Source: an uncultured Enterobacteriaceae bacterium
Lineage (GTDB): Bacteria; Pseudomonadota; Gammaproteobacteria; Burkholderiales; SG8-39
Reading direction: 5' to 3'
Assembly (NCBI GenBank): GCA_964430565.1
Contig: CAYSFD010000016.1
Coordinates: 14,902 to 78,901 of the forward strand
DNA: 64,000 bases
Shown: piece by piece, positions 55,531-64,000 of the stretch
Numbering within the stretch: the stretch's first letter is position 1
Layout: every line of letters begins with the position of its first letter
Notes under the pieces: generated by a model
What the model saw: only the letters and a program-made list of their open reading frames with translations
What the model was told of the DNA's origin: nothing
Databases searched by the model: none
Position numbers and translations under genes: made by a program

Positions 55531-56442
55531 TCAAGGAAAGGCGGGATTCCTCCGAGGCGCCACGAATCGCTCCATTCTGGCGCGCAGGTCGTCCGGGATC
55601 GGCACCGACTTCCATGTTTCGCGCGAAACCAGGCAGAGCGTCCACGCCGCGCGCAGGCGTTCTTCGTTCCCGGCCTTGCCCGAGAGCGCGAGGTGAATGG
55701 AGCTGCGGCCGATCTGTGTGGGCCACAGGTCGAAATCCAGCGGCTCGCCCAGCCGGCAGGCGCGCCTGAACTCGGCGCCGATCACGAGCGAAGGCGTGCG
55801 CAGGTTTCGCTTCGCCACGAGGTCGCTGCCCAACGGGCAGTCCAGGCCTTCGCTGAGCCAGTCCTCGAGCGCGGCGTCGAACATGCTGAAGAAGCGCGGG
55901 AAGTACACGATCCCCCCGGGATCGCAATGCGCGTAGCGAACCCGCTGCCTGGAGCGGAACGCGCTCGGCGGCGTCGCCCCCGTCCACATCGGCAGCGCAC
56001 GGCCGGGAGGATCGTTCTCCGAAGGGGCGAGATAGTCCATCGCCCGCGCGCGCAGCGCTTCGGGAATCGCGATGGGACGAAAGCTGTCCATCGATATCAT
56101 TGCGGTGCGATGGCGCAGCCGCATGCGCTCTTCGTCTCCCACTTTCACCGTGATGCGCATATCGATGGAGCTGTGTCCGATCCGCACGGGCGCCAGCTCC
56201 AGCGTCAGATCCTCCCCGAAATGGCAGGGAATCAGGAACTCGCACTGCGTAGTGACGACGGGATTTCCGTAGCCGTGCTCCATGTGAAACGCATCGAAGG
56301 GCATCCCGAGACCGATCTCGAACCACTCCTCGACCGCCGTGTTCACGAAATCGAAGACATGCGGGAAGTAGAGAATCCCCGCCGGATCGCAGTGCGCGAA
56401 GCGGATTTTCTGCGCCAACGAAAAAATCTTGCTCTGCCTCAC
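55531..56442 (-). CDS. double hotdog-fold acyl-CoA thioesterase (two 4HBT-like domains)
   Basis: GTG at 56442, with AGGA 7 nt upstream. Two repeats of the 4HBT signature ([18 protein letters not shown] and [18 protein letters not shown]). Confidence 0.75.
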   Translation of the reverse strand: MRQSKIFSLAQKIRFAHCDPAGILYFPHVFDFVNTAVEEWFEIGLGMPFDAFHMEHGYGNPVVTTQCEFLIPCHFGEDLTLELAPVRIGHSSIDMRITVKVGDEERMRLRHRTAMISMDSFRPIAIPEALRARAMDYLAPSENDPPGRALPMWTGATPPSAFRSRQRVRYAHCDPGGIVYFPRFFSMFDAALEDWLSEGLDCPLGSDLVAKRNLRTPSLVIGAEFRRACRLGEPLDFDLWPTQIGRSSIHLALSGKAGNEERLRAAWTLCLVSRETWKSVPIPDDLRARMERFVAPRRNPAFP

Positions 56443-56450
56443 GGCCGGTC

Positions 56451-56819
56451 CTACATCAGCAGCAGCAGTCCGCCGACGATGCCGCAGTTTGAAAAAATGA
56501 ACGACACGTGCAAGTGGCGGCGCAGGGGATCCTCGACGCGCCAGTACTGGTGGAAGATGGCCGTGGCAAGCACGGTAAAGACGATCAGGATGGACGCGCC
56601 GAGAGCGCGGTGCCAGTCGAGCGCGACCAGAAGGGCGCCTGCGAATTGCATGGCGAAGCCCGCGATCAGCAGCGGCTTCGCGTACGGCACGCCGACCGCC
56701 ACCATTCGGTCCAGATGCTGGCGGAACTTCGTCGTGACGTTCACGATCCCGGTTGCGAGAAAAAGGAAAGCGACAAGCAGCTGGCCGACAACGTGGAGCG
56801 GCGTCTGTTCCTGGTACAT
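56451..56819 (-). CDS. DoxX-family membrane protein
   Basis: Met 59 of ORF 56451..56993 ([24 protein letters not shown]). Four hydrophobic helices of typical DoxX length. Confidence 0.7.
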   Translation of the reverse strand: MYQEQTPLHVVGQLLVAFLFLATGIVNVTTKFRQHLDRMVAVGVPYAKPLLIAGFAMQFAGALLVALDWHRALGASILIVFTVLATAIFHQYWRVEDPLRRHLHVSFIFSNCGIVGGLLLLM

Positions 56820-57064
56820 GGGCTTCGTCCTCCTTCGATCCGTCCATGGCGTCCGGCCGGGCGCGAGATCAATGCTCCTCAACACGGCAGCTTCGAAGAG
56901 GGATTCTATCCGGAGCGAGGACGCGCGCGCAGCCGGAGCCAAGAAACGGGTTCGACACCCCGGCATGTTCAATAGGTGTCTTTCCGCAACCAAATCGCGG
57001 ACAATTGACGCCGGTAGATTTGCCTACACGCGACGCTCTCCCCGAGAGAACGTAGAAAGAAACA

Positions 57065-58243
57065 ATGAATTCTCCGCGTCAGCTCGACCGCAGGCTGATG
57101 GTGCTGCTCCTCGTGGCGGTGTTCGCGGGCGCGGGAACCATCCACTACCAGACACCGATGCTCGGCGCGTTCGCCGCGGAGTTCCACGCAGACGCGGCGG
57201 CAGCGGGATGGGTGGCGACGCTTACCTTCGGCGGCTTCCTCACCGGCACGATCTTTCTCGTGCCGCTCGGCGACCGCTTCGACAAGCGGCGGCTGATCCT
57301 AGCGGAGCTCGCGGTGCTGATCGTCGCCCTGCTCGCGATGGCGGCCGCGCCTTCGCTCGCGACGCTCGCGGCGGCGAGCTTCGTCGTCGGCGTCACGGCC
57401 GGCTTTGCCCAGCTCATCATCCCGCTGACGGCGGAGCTTGCCCCGCCCGAGACGCGCGGGCGCGTGATGGGCGCGCTGCTCGCCTGCCTTTTTCTCGGCA
57501 TTCTTTTCGGGCGCGTGGCGGGTGGCCTCATCGCCCACTATCTCGGTTGGCGGTGGACGTACGTGGCCGCCGCCGTCATGCTCCTTGCGCTCGCGCCGGC
57601 GCTCGTACTGTGGCTCCCCAGCATGCCGGCAAGAACGCAGCTCGGCTACGGCCGCCTGATGCGCTCGCTGGGTGAATTCCTGCGCGACAACGCGATGTTG
57701 CGGCGTGCATCCGCCATCCAGTTCCTGCTCGGCATCTCCTACGGGGGCTTCTGGGCAACCGCCGCGCCGATGCTCGCCCTGTTCCACGGCTTCGGGCCGG
57801 CGCAAACCGGCTTGCTGGCGATTCCCGGCGCGGCGGGCATCCTAGTGTCGCAAGCGGCGGGCCGTTGGTCGGACCGCCGCGGCGCATTTCCCATCGTCAC
57901 GGCCGGCGTGTGCCTGGTGCTCGCGGCGTACGTCGTGTTCGCGTTCGCCCCCTTTTGGGTCGGCGCCGTGATCGCGGGCGCCGTGCTGCTCGACTGCGGG
58001 CTGCGCTCGGCCCTGGTGGCGAATCAGACGCTGATCACGTCGGTCGCGCCGGACGCGCGCAGCCGCTTCAACACGGTGTTCGGCGCGCACATCTGGGGCG
58101 GCAACGCAGCCGGGGCGTTTCTCGCGAGCACGGCGCTCGCGCACTCCGGGTGGACCGCGGTGTGCCTGATCGCGGTCGGCGCCTCCAGTCTCGCGCTATT
58201 CCAGCAATGGCGCTCGCGCGCCGCCCACGCTCGCCCTCATTGA
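57065..58243 (+). CDS. MFS transporter
   Basis: 392-aa ORF with 12 hydrophobic segments and the MFS loop motif GDRFDKRR between TM2 and TM3. Confidence 0.85.
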   Translation: MNSPRQLDRRLMVLLLVAVFAGAGTIHYQTPMLGAFAAEFHADAAAAGWVATLTFGGFLTGTIFLVPLGDRFDKRRLILAELAVLIVALLAMAAAPSLATLAAASFVVGVTAGFAQLIIPLTAELAPPETRGRVMGALLACLFLGILFGRVAGGLIAHYLGWRWTYVAAAVMLLALAPALVLWLPSMPARTQLGYGRLMRSLGEFLRDNAMLRRASAIQFLLGISYGGFWATAAPMLALFHGFGPAQTGLLAIPGAAGILVSQAAGRWSDRRGAFPIVTAGVCLVLAAYVVFAFAPFWVGAVIAGAVLLDCGLRSALVANQTLITSVAPDARSRFNTVFGAHIWGGNAAGAFLASTALAHSGWTAVCLIAVGASSLALFQQWRSRAAHARPH

Positions 58244-58262
58244 CTACCGCCGTTGGGGGCCT

Positions 58263-59243
58263 TCACTCCGCCTTCACGCCGGTGCGCCTGACGATCTCGC
58301 CGTAGACTTTCGTGTCGCTGCGGATCAGTTCGGCGAGCTGCGCAGGGCTGCTTGGTACGGGATCGACCCCGATGCCCTTAAACCGCTCCCGGATCGTGGC
58401 GTCGGCGAGTGCCGCCGCGATGTCCGAGCTGATGCGTTGCGCGAGTTCCGCCGGAGTGCCGCGAGGCGCGACCAGCGACACCCAGGTGTCCACCTCGTAC
58501 CCCACCGGCCCGCCCGCCTCCGCCACGGTCGGAACATCGGGATAGTCGGGAAGCCGCGTCTTCTGCGCGAAGGCGATGAGCTTGAGCTTTCCCGCCTTGA
58601 GGAGCGGCAGCACCGATCCCACCGAGCCGAGCGCCCAATCGACATCGCCGTTCGCAACCGAGATGTAGATCTGCGCGCCGTCTTTGAAGGGGATGTGCAC
58701 CATCTCGGCCCCTATCAGGTGCGCGAACAGGGCGGCGCCCAGATGCGGCGGGCTGCCGACGTAGGGCGAGCTGTAGGAGAGCTTCTTCTGGCTCGCCTTG
58801 GCGGCTGCAATCAGGTCCGCAACGTTCTTGTAAGGGCCGGCGGCGGCTACTGCAATGAAAAAGGGCGTGCGGTAAATCTGTGACAGCGGCACGAAATCCC
58901 GTTGTGCGTCGTACGGCGCCTTGGGAAAGATGTTCGGGTTGATCGAAAGATGCGCCTGCCCCGCGAGCAGCAGCTCGTGACCGTCGGGGGCGGCTTTCTT
59001 CGCCGCGCCGATCGCGATGAAGCCGTTCGCGCCCGGCCGCGGCTCGACGATCACCGGCTGGTTCCAGGTTCTCGAAAGGCGGTCGGCGACCGCACGCACG
59101 GCGATATCGGGCGTGAGGCCGTTCGGATATGGCGAGACGATGCGCACCGGCTTGCTCGGGAACGCCTGCGGCGATGCGGCGGGCGATCCCGCGGCGAGCG
59201 CCACGCCGGAAAGGAGCGAGAGGAACAGATTGCGTGCGTTCAT
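58263..59243 (-). CDS. Bug-family (TctC-like) periplasmic substrate-binding protein
   Basis: In-frame ATG at 59243 (MNARNLFLSLLSGVALAAG) of ORF 58263..59675. Motifs FPSKPVRIVSPY, EPRPGAN, IPFKDG. Confidence 0.85.
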   Translation of the reverse strand: MNARNLFLSLLSGVALAAGSPAASPQAFPSKPVRIVSPYPNGLTPDIAVRAVADRLSRTWNQPVIVEPRPGANGFIAIGAAKKAAPDGHELLLAGQAHLSINPNIFPKAPYDAQRDFVPLSQIYRTPFFIAVAAAGPYKNVADLIAAAKASQKKLSYSSPYVGSPPHLGAALFAHLIGAEMVHIPFKDGAQIYISVANGDVDWALGSVGSVLPLLKAGKLKLIAFAQKTRLPDYPDVPTVAEAGGPVGYEVDTWVSLVAPRGTPAELAQRISSDIAAALADATIRERFKGIGVDPVPSSPAQLAELIRSDTKVYGEIVRRTGVKAE

Positions 59244-59254
59244 GATTTTTCTCC

Positions 59255-59755
59255 CTATTCGTGCGATTCGTCGGTCTCGACGGCGTGCAGGTTCATTTCG
59301 AAGAGGTCTCCGCGGGCGAAGAAGTCGTCGATAGCGCGCGGCTCGTACTGGATCTCCCACCAGTTGTTGTCGAGGTCCTGGAAGTAGAAGCCGTACGCTC
59401 CGTGCCGGTCGAGCACCTTGTTGACTTTCTGTATCCCGTATTTCTCCTTCTGCCGATGCGCCTCGGCGTGCGCACGGTCCACTTCCTCGCGCGTCGCCAC
59501 GTTCAGGCCCCAGTGGGTAAGCACGTGCTGGTTGGGAACGCGCTCGCCGATGCACACGGCAACCACGTACATGCCGGTCTTCAGGCGCAGCATCATCGCG
59601 GGCCGCGCGTGGCGCACCACTTCCAGCCCGAGGAACTCCTCGTAGAAGCGCCGCGACCTGGCGAGATCCTTGCACATCAGCGTGCCGTGCGAGAGCAGCA
59701 TGGGACGCACGACTGACACCTTGCTCTCTTGCGGAGCGAACTGGACCTGGCTCAT
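59255..59755 (-). CDS. VOC-family (glyoxalase/bleomycin-resistance/extradiol dioxygenase fold) protein
   Basis: 166-aa ORF. LSHGTLMCKDLARSRRFYEEFLGLEV and HGAYGFYFQDLDNNWWEI are typical paired beta-alpha-beta-beta-beta modules. Confidence 0.7.
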   Translation of the reverse strand: MSQVQFAPQESKVSVVRPMLLSHGTLMCKDLARSRRFYEEFLGLEVVRHARPAMMLRLKTGMYVVAVCIGERVPNQHVLTHWGLNVATREEVDRAHAEAHRQKEKYGIQKVNKVLDRHGAYGFYFQDLDNNWWEIQYEPRAIDDFFARGDLFEMNLHAVETDESHE

Positions 59756-59767
59756 GTTCCCCTCCCC

Positions 59768-60721
59768 CTAGCGAAGTACGCCCGCTTCGCGCATGTATTT
59801 CAGCACGCCCGGATGGATCAGGTCCTGCCGCGGCGCGGCGGCGAGCGTATTGGCGAGCGTCGATTCACGCGCCTGCGCGAGCTTCGCGCCGATCGCCGCC
59901 TCGCCCTTGTGCAACGCGCGCGCGATCCGGTAGGCGACGTCCTCCGGCAGGGAGGGCGCGGCGAGCACGAAGGCCCATGAGCCGAGTGTCGCGACCGGCG
60001 TGTCCTGCCCCGGATAACTTCCCGCGGGCAGAGTGATCGGCTTGATGAAGGAGTGCTTGGCGATAATACGCTTCAGCTCGTCCGCGCTCGGCGCGATGAA
60101 ACGCGCGCCCGAAGGCCCCTTCGACACCGCGACGAAACCGGGCCAGCCGACCCCGCCGCCCCATAGCGCCGCCGCGCGCCCGTCGAGCACCATCGTCGGG
60201 CCGTCCGCGGCCTTTTCAAGAAAGATCGGCTGAAAATCCTTGGCGATGTCCATTCCCAATCCGTCGAACACATAGCGCGCGAGCACGACGAAACCGGAGC
60301 CGCTCGCGCCCCAGGCGATCGGTTTTCCCTTCAGATCGGCGAGAGCGCGATACGGGCCGTCGGCGCGCACGATGAACATGCCGGAATTCGAATACATCGC
60401 GTTGATGATGCGCAGGTCCGCCTTCGGCCGGCCGATCCCGGCGAGCGCCTCGTAGGTGACTTCGCCCGTCGCCTGGCCGATGTGGATCTTGCCGGCCTCG
60501 ACGAGCGGAATGTTCTCGGTGCTGCCCTTGGTATTCTTCGGCTCGATCGAGAGCGTCGGATCCATCTCATTGATCGTCGAGGAGTACGCCGCGCCGTACA
60601 GGGGAAAGCCGCCGCCCGGGGTCGCCGTGCCGAGCACGACCACGGTTTTCTGCTGCGCGACTGCGCCGCCGGTCAACGCCACGGCGAAAAACACCGCCGC
60701 AACGATGTGATGAGATCGCAT
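59768..60721 (-). CDS. TAXI-family TRAP transporter solute receptor
   Basis: Signal peptide. TAXI-like segments LGTATPGGGFPLYGAA, NTKGSTENIPLV, PIAWGASGSG, LHPGVLKYMREAG. Confidence 0.8.
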   Translation of the reverse strand: MRSHHIVAAVFFAVALTGGAVAQQKTVVVLGTATPGGGFPLYGAAYSSTINEMDPTLSIEPKNTKGSTENIPLVEAGKIHIGQATGEVTYEALAGIGRPKADLRIINAMYSNSGMFIVRADGPYRALADLKGKPIAWGASGSGFVVLARYVFDGLGMDIAKDFQPIFLEKAADGPTMVLDGRAAALWGGGVGWPGFVAVSKGPSGARFIAPSADELKRIIAKHSFIKPITLPAGSYPGQDTPVATLGSWAFVLAAPSLPEDVAYRIARALHKGEAAIGAKLAQARESTLANTLAAAPRQDLIHPGVLKYMREAGVLR

Positions 60722-60749
60722 ATCCCTCTCCTCATTGCCTGGTTTGAGT

Positions 60750-61826
60750 TCAATCCGCCCGCGCGCCCGAAGACCGGATCACACGGCCCCATTTCTCGCC
60801 TTCCGCCTGCATGAACTTGCGCAGTTCGTCGGGCGAACTTCCTACCGGCTGCGCGCCCTGGTTGGTGAGCTGAGTGCGCAACTCCGGAATCGCCACCGTG
60901 GCGACCAGCGTCTGATTCAGCTTCTCGAGCACGTCGCGCGGCGTGCCCGCCGGTGCGACCACCGCATGCCAGGACCCGCCCTGCAGCGCGGGCAAGCCCA
61001 CTTCCGGCGCAGCGGGGACATCGGGCAGCAGCGGCGAGCGCGCCGGAGCGGTGATCACCAGCGCCTTCAAGCGCCCGGCTTTCACGTGCGGCAGGAACGC
61101 GGGGATCGTGTTGAACGCGATCTGCACTTTGCCCGACATCATCTCGGGGAGCGCCTGCGCGACGCCCTTGTAGGGCACGTGCACGATCTGTATCCCGGCG
61201 ACGCTCTTGAACAGCTCCGCGATGAGATGCAGGCCGGAGCCCACGCCGGTCGAGCCGAAATTGATCTCGCCAGGATGCGCCTTGGCGTAGGCGATGAGCT
61301 CGCTGACCGAGTTCGCCGGCAGCACCGGGCTCGCGAACAGCACGAAAGGCAAAGTCGCGACCAGCGATACGGGCTCGAAATCCTTGGCGACGTCGTAGCC
61401 GAGCTTCTTGTAGAGGCCGGGGCCGATGGCGAGCGGCCCGACGTTGCCCCACAGGAGTGTGTAGCCGTCGGGCGCGGATTTCGCGACCGCTTCGCTGCCG
61501 ATCGTCCCGCCCGCGCCGCCGCGGTTATCGACCACAATCTGCTGGCCGAGAGCCGCGGACCACGACTGGCCGACCAGGCGCGCGGTCGCGTCGACCGATT
61601 CGCCCGCAGGAAACGGCACCACAAGGCGCACCGGCTTCGTCGGGTACTGAGCAAAGGCGCCGCCGGCCAGAGCGAGCAGCAACGCCAGACAAACGACTTC
61701 CCCTCCTTTCTTAAGGAGGGGTGCCTGCGAAGCAGGCGGGGTGGTCTGCAGCCCGCCGCCACCACCCCCCGCCTTCGGCGTACCCCTCCTCCCCAGGGAG
61801 GAGGGGAAAGATCTCGCAATGCTCAT
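60750..61826 (-). CDS. Bug-family (TctC-like) substrate-binding protein with REP-derived insertion in the signal-peptide region
   Basis: YPTKPVRLVVPFPAG, DNRGGAGG and VPYKG motifs. The only in-frame start (ATG 61826) lies beyond the REP-like element, so codons ~6-44 are element sequence. Confidence 0.8.
   Translation of the reverse strand: MSIARSFPSSLGRRGTPKAGGGGGGLQTTPPASQAPLLKKGGEVVCLALLLALAGGAFAQYPTKPVRLVVPFPAGESVDATARLVGQSWSAALGQQIVVDNRGGAGGTIGSEAVAKSAPDGYTLLWGNVGPLAIGPGLYKKLGYDVAKDFEPVSLVATLPFVLFASPVLPANSVSELIAYAKAHPGEINFGSTGVGSGLHLIAELFKSVAGIQIVHVPYKGVAQALPEMMSGKVQIAFNTIPAFLPHVKAGRLKALVITAPARSPLLPDVPAAPEVGLPALQGGSWHAVVAPAGTPRDVLEKLNQTLVATVAIPELRTQLTNQGAQPVGSSPDELRKFMQAEGEKWGRVIRSSGARAD
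61698..61810. repeat. composite multi-hairpin REP-like element, copy 2
   Basis: Same order of hairpins as copy 1: cccctcc/ggagggg, cctgc/gcagg, ggggtggt/accacccc, gcc/ggc, cccctcctc/gaggagggg. Lies inside the 5' end of the Bug ORF. Confidence 0.75.
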
Positions 61827-61844
61827 GCTCGCTCCCCAATTACA

Positions 61845-63002
61845 CTAGATGTTCGCCGCGATCCAGTCGGCAATATAGCCGATCCCCAGCGGCCGGTTGT
61901 CCACCTGGCAGTGCTCGGCCCCGCCCTCCTCGGCCGTGAAGATCTTCAGCGTCTTCTTCTTTGTCGTGAGCGCGGCATGGAGCTTGTGCGCCGCCTCCAC
62001 CGGCACGACGCGGTCGTTCTGCCCGTGGGTGATCAGCACCGGGCAGGTGATCTTGTCCGCGACGCCGGCGAGAGAAAACTCTTTCGCACGCTCGAGCGCC
62101 GCGTCCGAGTCGGACAGTCCCAAGATCCATTGGAACTGGAAGTTCGACTGCGCGCTTTTCTTCGGGTCGGCCTTGAGCTGCTCCTTGATTTTCGACTGCC
62201 ACGCGTGCAGGTCCCAGTGCAGGGCTCCGAGGCACACGCAGGCGGAGTAGCGGCGCTCGAAGGCCGCGATCCTCGGCGCGTAATAGCCGCCAAAGCTGTA
62301 GCCCATAATCACGACTTTTTCCGGATCGACGTCGGCGCGCTTCGCGACGAACTCGTAGGCGGCCGTGCCCGGCACTTCGTAGTCGTGGCGCGCGTAGATC
62401 TTGCGCAGGCGCAGCGCCTCGCCCTGCCCCGGCCCGTCGATCGCGAGCGTATGCAATCCGCGCTTCGCGAACTCCAGGCCCGCGAACAGCACGCTCATCT
62501 CCTTGCAGTTGTCCATGCCGTCGAAGAGCACCACCGTAGGTGCGCGCCCCGTCGTTCCTTGAGCCTTCATGAAGTGCGCCGGCAGCGTCTTGCCCTCGTA
62601 CGGTACCTCGACGAACTCGATGTTCCTGTGCCGGCGCTTCAAGCCCTCCCGGTAACAACGCAGCGCCTTCTTGTAGATCTCGAGCTTCCTCTCCCCCGGG
62701 GGAACGAAGCGCTCGCCGGTGTAGTAGTAATTGCCCGCGCGCAGGTAATGGTCCCCGGCGGTCAAGTCGCGGCCGTCGGCCGCGGCTTTGTCGGCGAGAG
62801 CTTCGTTTCTCTCCGCCATCGCGCACCACTCCTGCCACCACGCATCCGAGTCGCCCATGTCGCGCGCGGCCAGCCGCTCGCCGATCCGGTCGATCTCCCC
62901 GATCGCGACCGCGCCGTAGGGCGCCATGCCCTTGCAGACGAGCGTCGCGTTCGACCACATGAAATTGCCGGGAAAATGATCGATCCAGGTGCTGCCCGAC
63001 AT
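61845..63002 (-). CDS. alpha/beta hydrolase (2,6-dihydroxypseudooxynicotine hydrolase-like C-C hydrolase family)
   Basis: In-frame ATG at 63002, with GGAGG upstream. Nucleophile elbow is MGYSFGGYYA. The C-terminal ITHGQNDRVVP ... EHCQ supplies candidate Asp/His. Confidence 0.7.
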   Translation of the reverse strand: MSGSTWIDHFPGNFMWSNATLVCKGMAPYGAVAIGEIDRIGERLAARDMGDSDAWWQEWCAMAERNEALADKAAADGRDLTAGDHYLRAGNYYYTGERFVPPGERKLEIYKKALRCYREGLKRRHRNIEFVEVPYEGKTLPAHFMKAQGTTGRAPTVVLFDGMDNCKEMSVLFAGLEFAKRGLHTLAIDGPGQGEALRLRKIYARHDYEVPGTAAYEFVAKRADVDPEKVVIMGYSFGGYYAPRIAAFERRYSACVCLGALHWDLHAWQSKIKEQLKADPKKSAQSNFQFQWILGLSDSDAALERAKEFSLAGVADKITCPVLITHGQNDRVVPVEAAHKLHAALTTKKKTLKIFTAEEGGAEHCQVDNRPLGIGYIADWIAANI

Positions 63003-63079
63003 CCTCGCCTCCGCGTTTCGTCCCTTCGCGCAAGCATACAGCAGCGCGTCGGCCCTCGACCCCGTGGATCCTTCCCCGG

Positions 63080-63874
63080 CTACCGGGTAAGTTTTCGCAT
63101 CCAGCCGACAATCGCGGCCACGACCGCGGCCGGGTGCTCGGGGATGAGCGCATGGCTCGCATCCGGGATCACGGCGAGAGTGGCGCGCTCGCCGAACTCT
63201 TCCTTCAGCTCGTTCGCCGTCTCGCGCGGCTTGAACGGATCGAGCGCCGCCTGAAGGTCGAGGAGCGGCGCGCTTCCCGCCCCCCACCATTCTTCCTGCC
63301 GCGTGGCCCGACCCGCCTCGAACTGGCTCTGGTTCACCTCCGGATACCAGCCTTCCAGCCATTCGCTCGGGTCATGGCCCGGCGCGAAGAACGCCGAGCG
63401 CAGGTGCTGCAGGCGTTCCGTTTCGCTGACCGCGGGGTCGCCGGCCTTCTTCACCGCTTCGACGAGCCGCTGCGCCCCGGCAAAACCCGGATAGCTCTTC
63501 GACGCGGCCGCGAGGATCGCCACGCCGCGAACGAGCCGCGGATGATCCGCCGCGGTCATGCGTGCGACCCAGTTGCCGAAGGCGTGGCCGGCGACGACCG
63601 CGGGGCCGCCGTCCGCGTGCGCTATTACCGCCGCCACGTCGCCGGCGAAATCGTGGAGCGTGAGACCCATCATCGGCCCGGTGCTGCGGCAGGTGCCGCG
63701 CGGCTGCGGTCGCAGCACGCGATATCCGGCTCTCGCGATCCCTGCGGCGACCTCGTCGTAATCCTCGGAATCGCGACCGCGCGAGGGCAGGAGAACAACG
63801 AGGGGCCCCGCGCCTTCGGCAATCACTTCGATACGCGCGTCGCCCGAGGCGACAATGTCGCGCGTACGTTGCAT
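63080..63874 (-). CDS. alpha/beta-fold protein with Ala at the nucleophile position
   Basis: 264-aa ORF with a typical fold layout: PLVVLLPSRG, elbow AGHAFGNW, C-terminal IPDASHAL. Confidence 0.7.
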   Translation of the reverse strand: MQRTRDIVASGDARIEVIAEGAGPLVVLLPSRGRDSEDYDEVAAGIARAGYRVLRPQPRGTCRSTGPMMGLTLHDFAGDVAAVIAHADGGPAVVAGHAFGNWVARMTAADHPRLVRGVAILAAASKSYPGFAGAQRLVEAVKKAGDPAVSETERLQHLRSAFFAPGHDPSEWLEGWYPEVNQSQFEAGRATRQEEWWGAGSAPLLDLQAALDPFKPRETANELKEEFGERATLAVIPDASHALIPEHPAAVVAAIVGWMRKLTR

Positions 63875-64000
63875 TCAGGATCGTTCGCGGCGGTCGATTC
63901 CCGCGCGCCGCTCAGGACCGTCGTAGTGCGGATCCCGGCGCTGCCGCCGGTCACTGCCGCTGCGTCCGATCTGGCCTCCCTCCAGTCCAGGCGCACCGGG

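Noticed and set aside
55457-56326. N-terminal 290-codon extension of ORF 52460..56326. Similar extensions occur on ORFs 227..2152, 19664..21085, 58263..59675 and 61845..63362.
   Set aside because: The extensions overlap neighbouring real genes in another frame and are Arg/Pro-rich. Internal Met/GTG starts with SD sequences give proteins of the expected family length.
60735-63254. 839-aa plus-strand ORF
   Set aside because: Antisense to the Bug and alpha/beta-hydrolase genes, with Arg/Gly-rich composition and no recognisable domains. Shadow ORF.
63875-64000. Open minus-strand frame to the window edge, ending TGA immediately before the ATG at 63874 (…PGAPGLEGGQIGRSGSDRRQRRDPHYDGPERRAGIDRRERS*)
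   Set aside because: Only 41 codons are visible, the composition is low-complexity Arg/Gly, and there is no motif. It may be the C-terminus of a real gene, but this cannot be supported from the window.

Overview
High-G+C proteobacterial chromosomal segment, densely coded; about 60 genes are supported. No rRNA, tRNA, CRISPR array, integrase or transposase was seen. Most of it is accessory catabolism and transport. There are five orphan Bug/TctC-type binding proteins, one DctPQM TRAP system and a TAXI receptor. CoA-dependent enzymes include two acyl-CoA dehydrogenases, a family III CoA-transferase, an ADP-forming acyl-CoA synthetase, a PrpD-family protein, an HCHL-like hydratase/lyase, a DpgC-like dioxygenase and a double-hotdog thioesterase. 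Two DMSO-reductase-family molybdoenzymes sit with cupins. PhoX, two c-di-GMP turnover proteins, a chemoreceptor and a MauG/CCP-type peroxidase operon are also present. The stand-out is 32.2-40.8 kb: a co-directional operon with one divergent partner gene. The divergent gene encodes a membrane-anchored NAD(P)H/FAD protein with two non-canonical Fe-S motifs. The operon encodes a membrane protein with two H-x13-H pairs, a 21-haem cytochrome (seven c7-like triads), an 11-haem doubled-CXXCH cytochrome, an AMIN protein, a SPOR-TPR-beta-barrel outer-membrane protein and a small YfaZ-like barrel. I read this as a candidate, apparently uncharacterised, peptidoglycan-tethered trans-envelope electron conduit. 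Other observations: a visibly lower-G+C mosaic insertion (41.0-48.7 kb) bracketed by split duplicates of the 3' end of a molybdoenzyme gene; three perfect-length 23-bp tandem repeats; a CheW-TM-LysM fusion; and multi-hairpin REP-like elements that intrude in-frame into coding sequence. All functional calls rest on motif recognition by eye; no searches were run.
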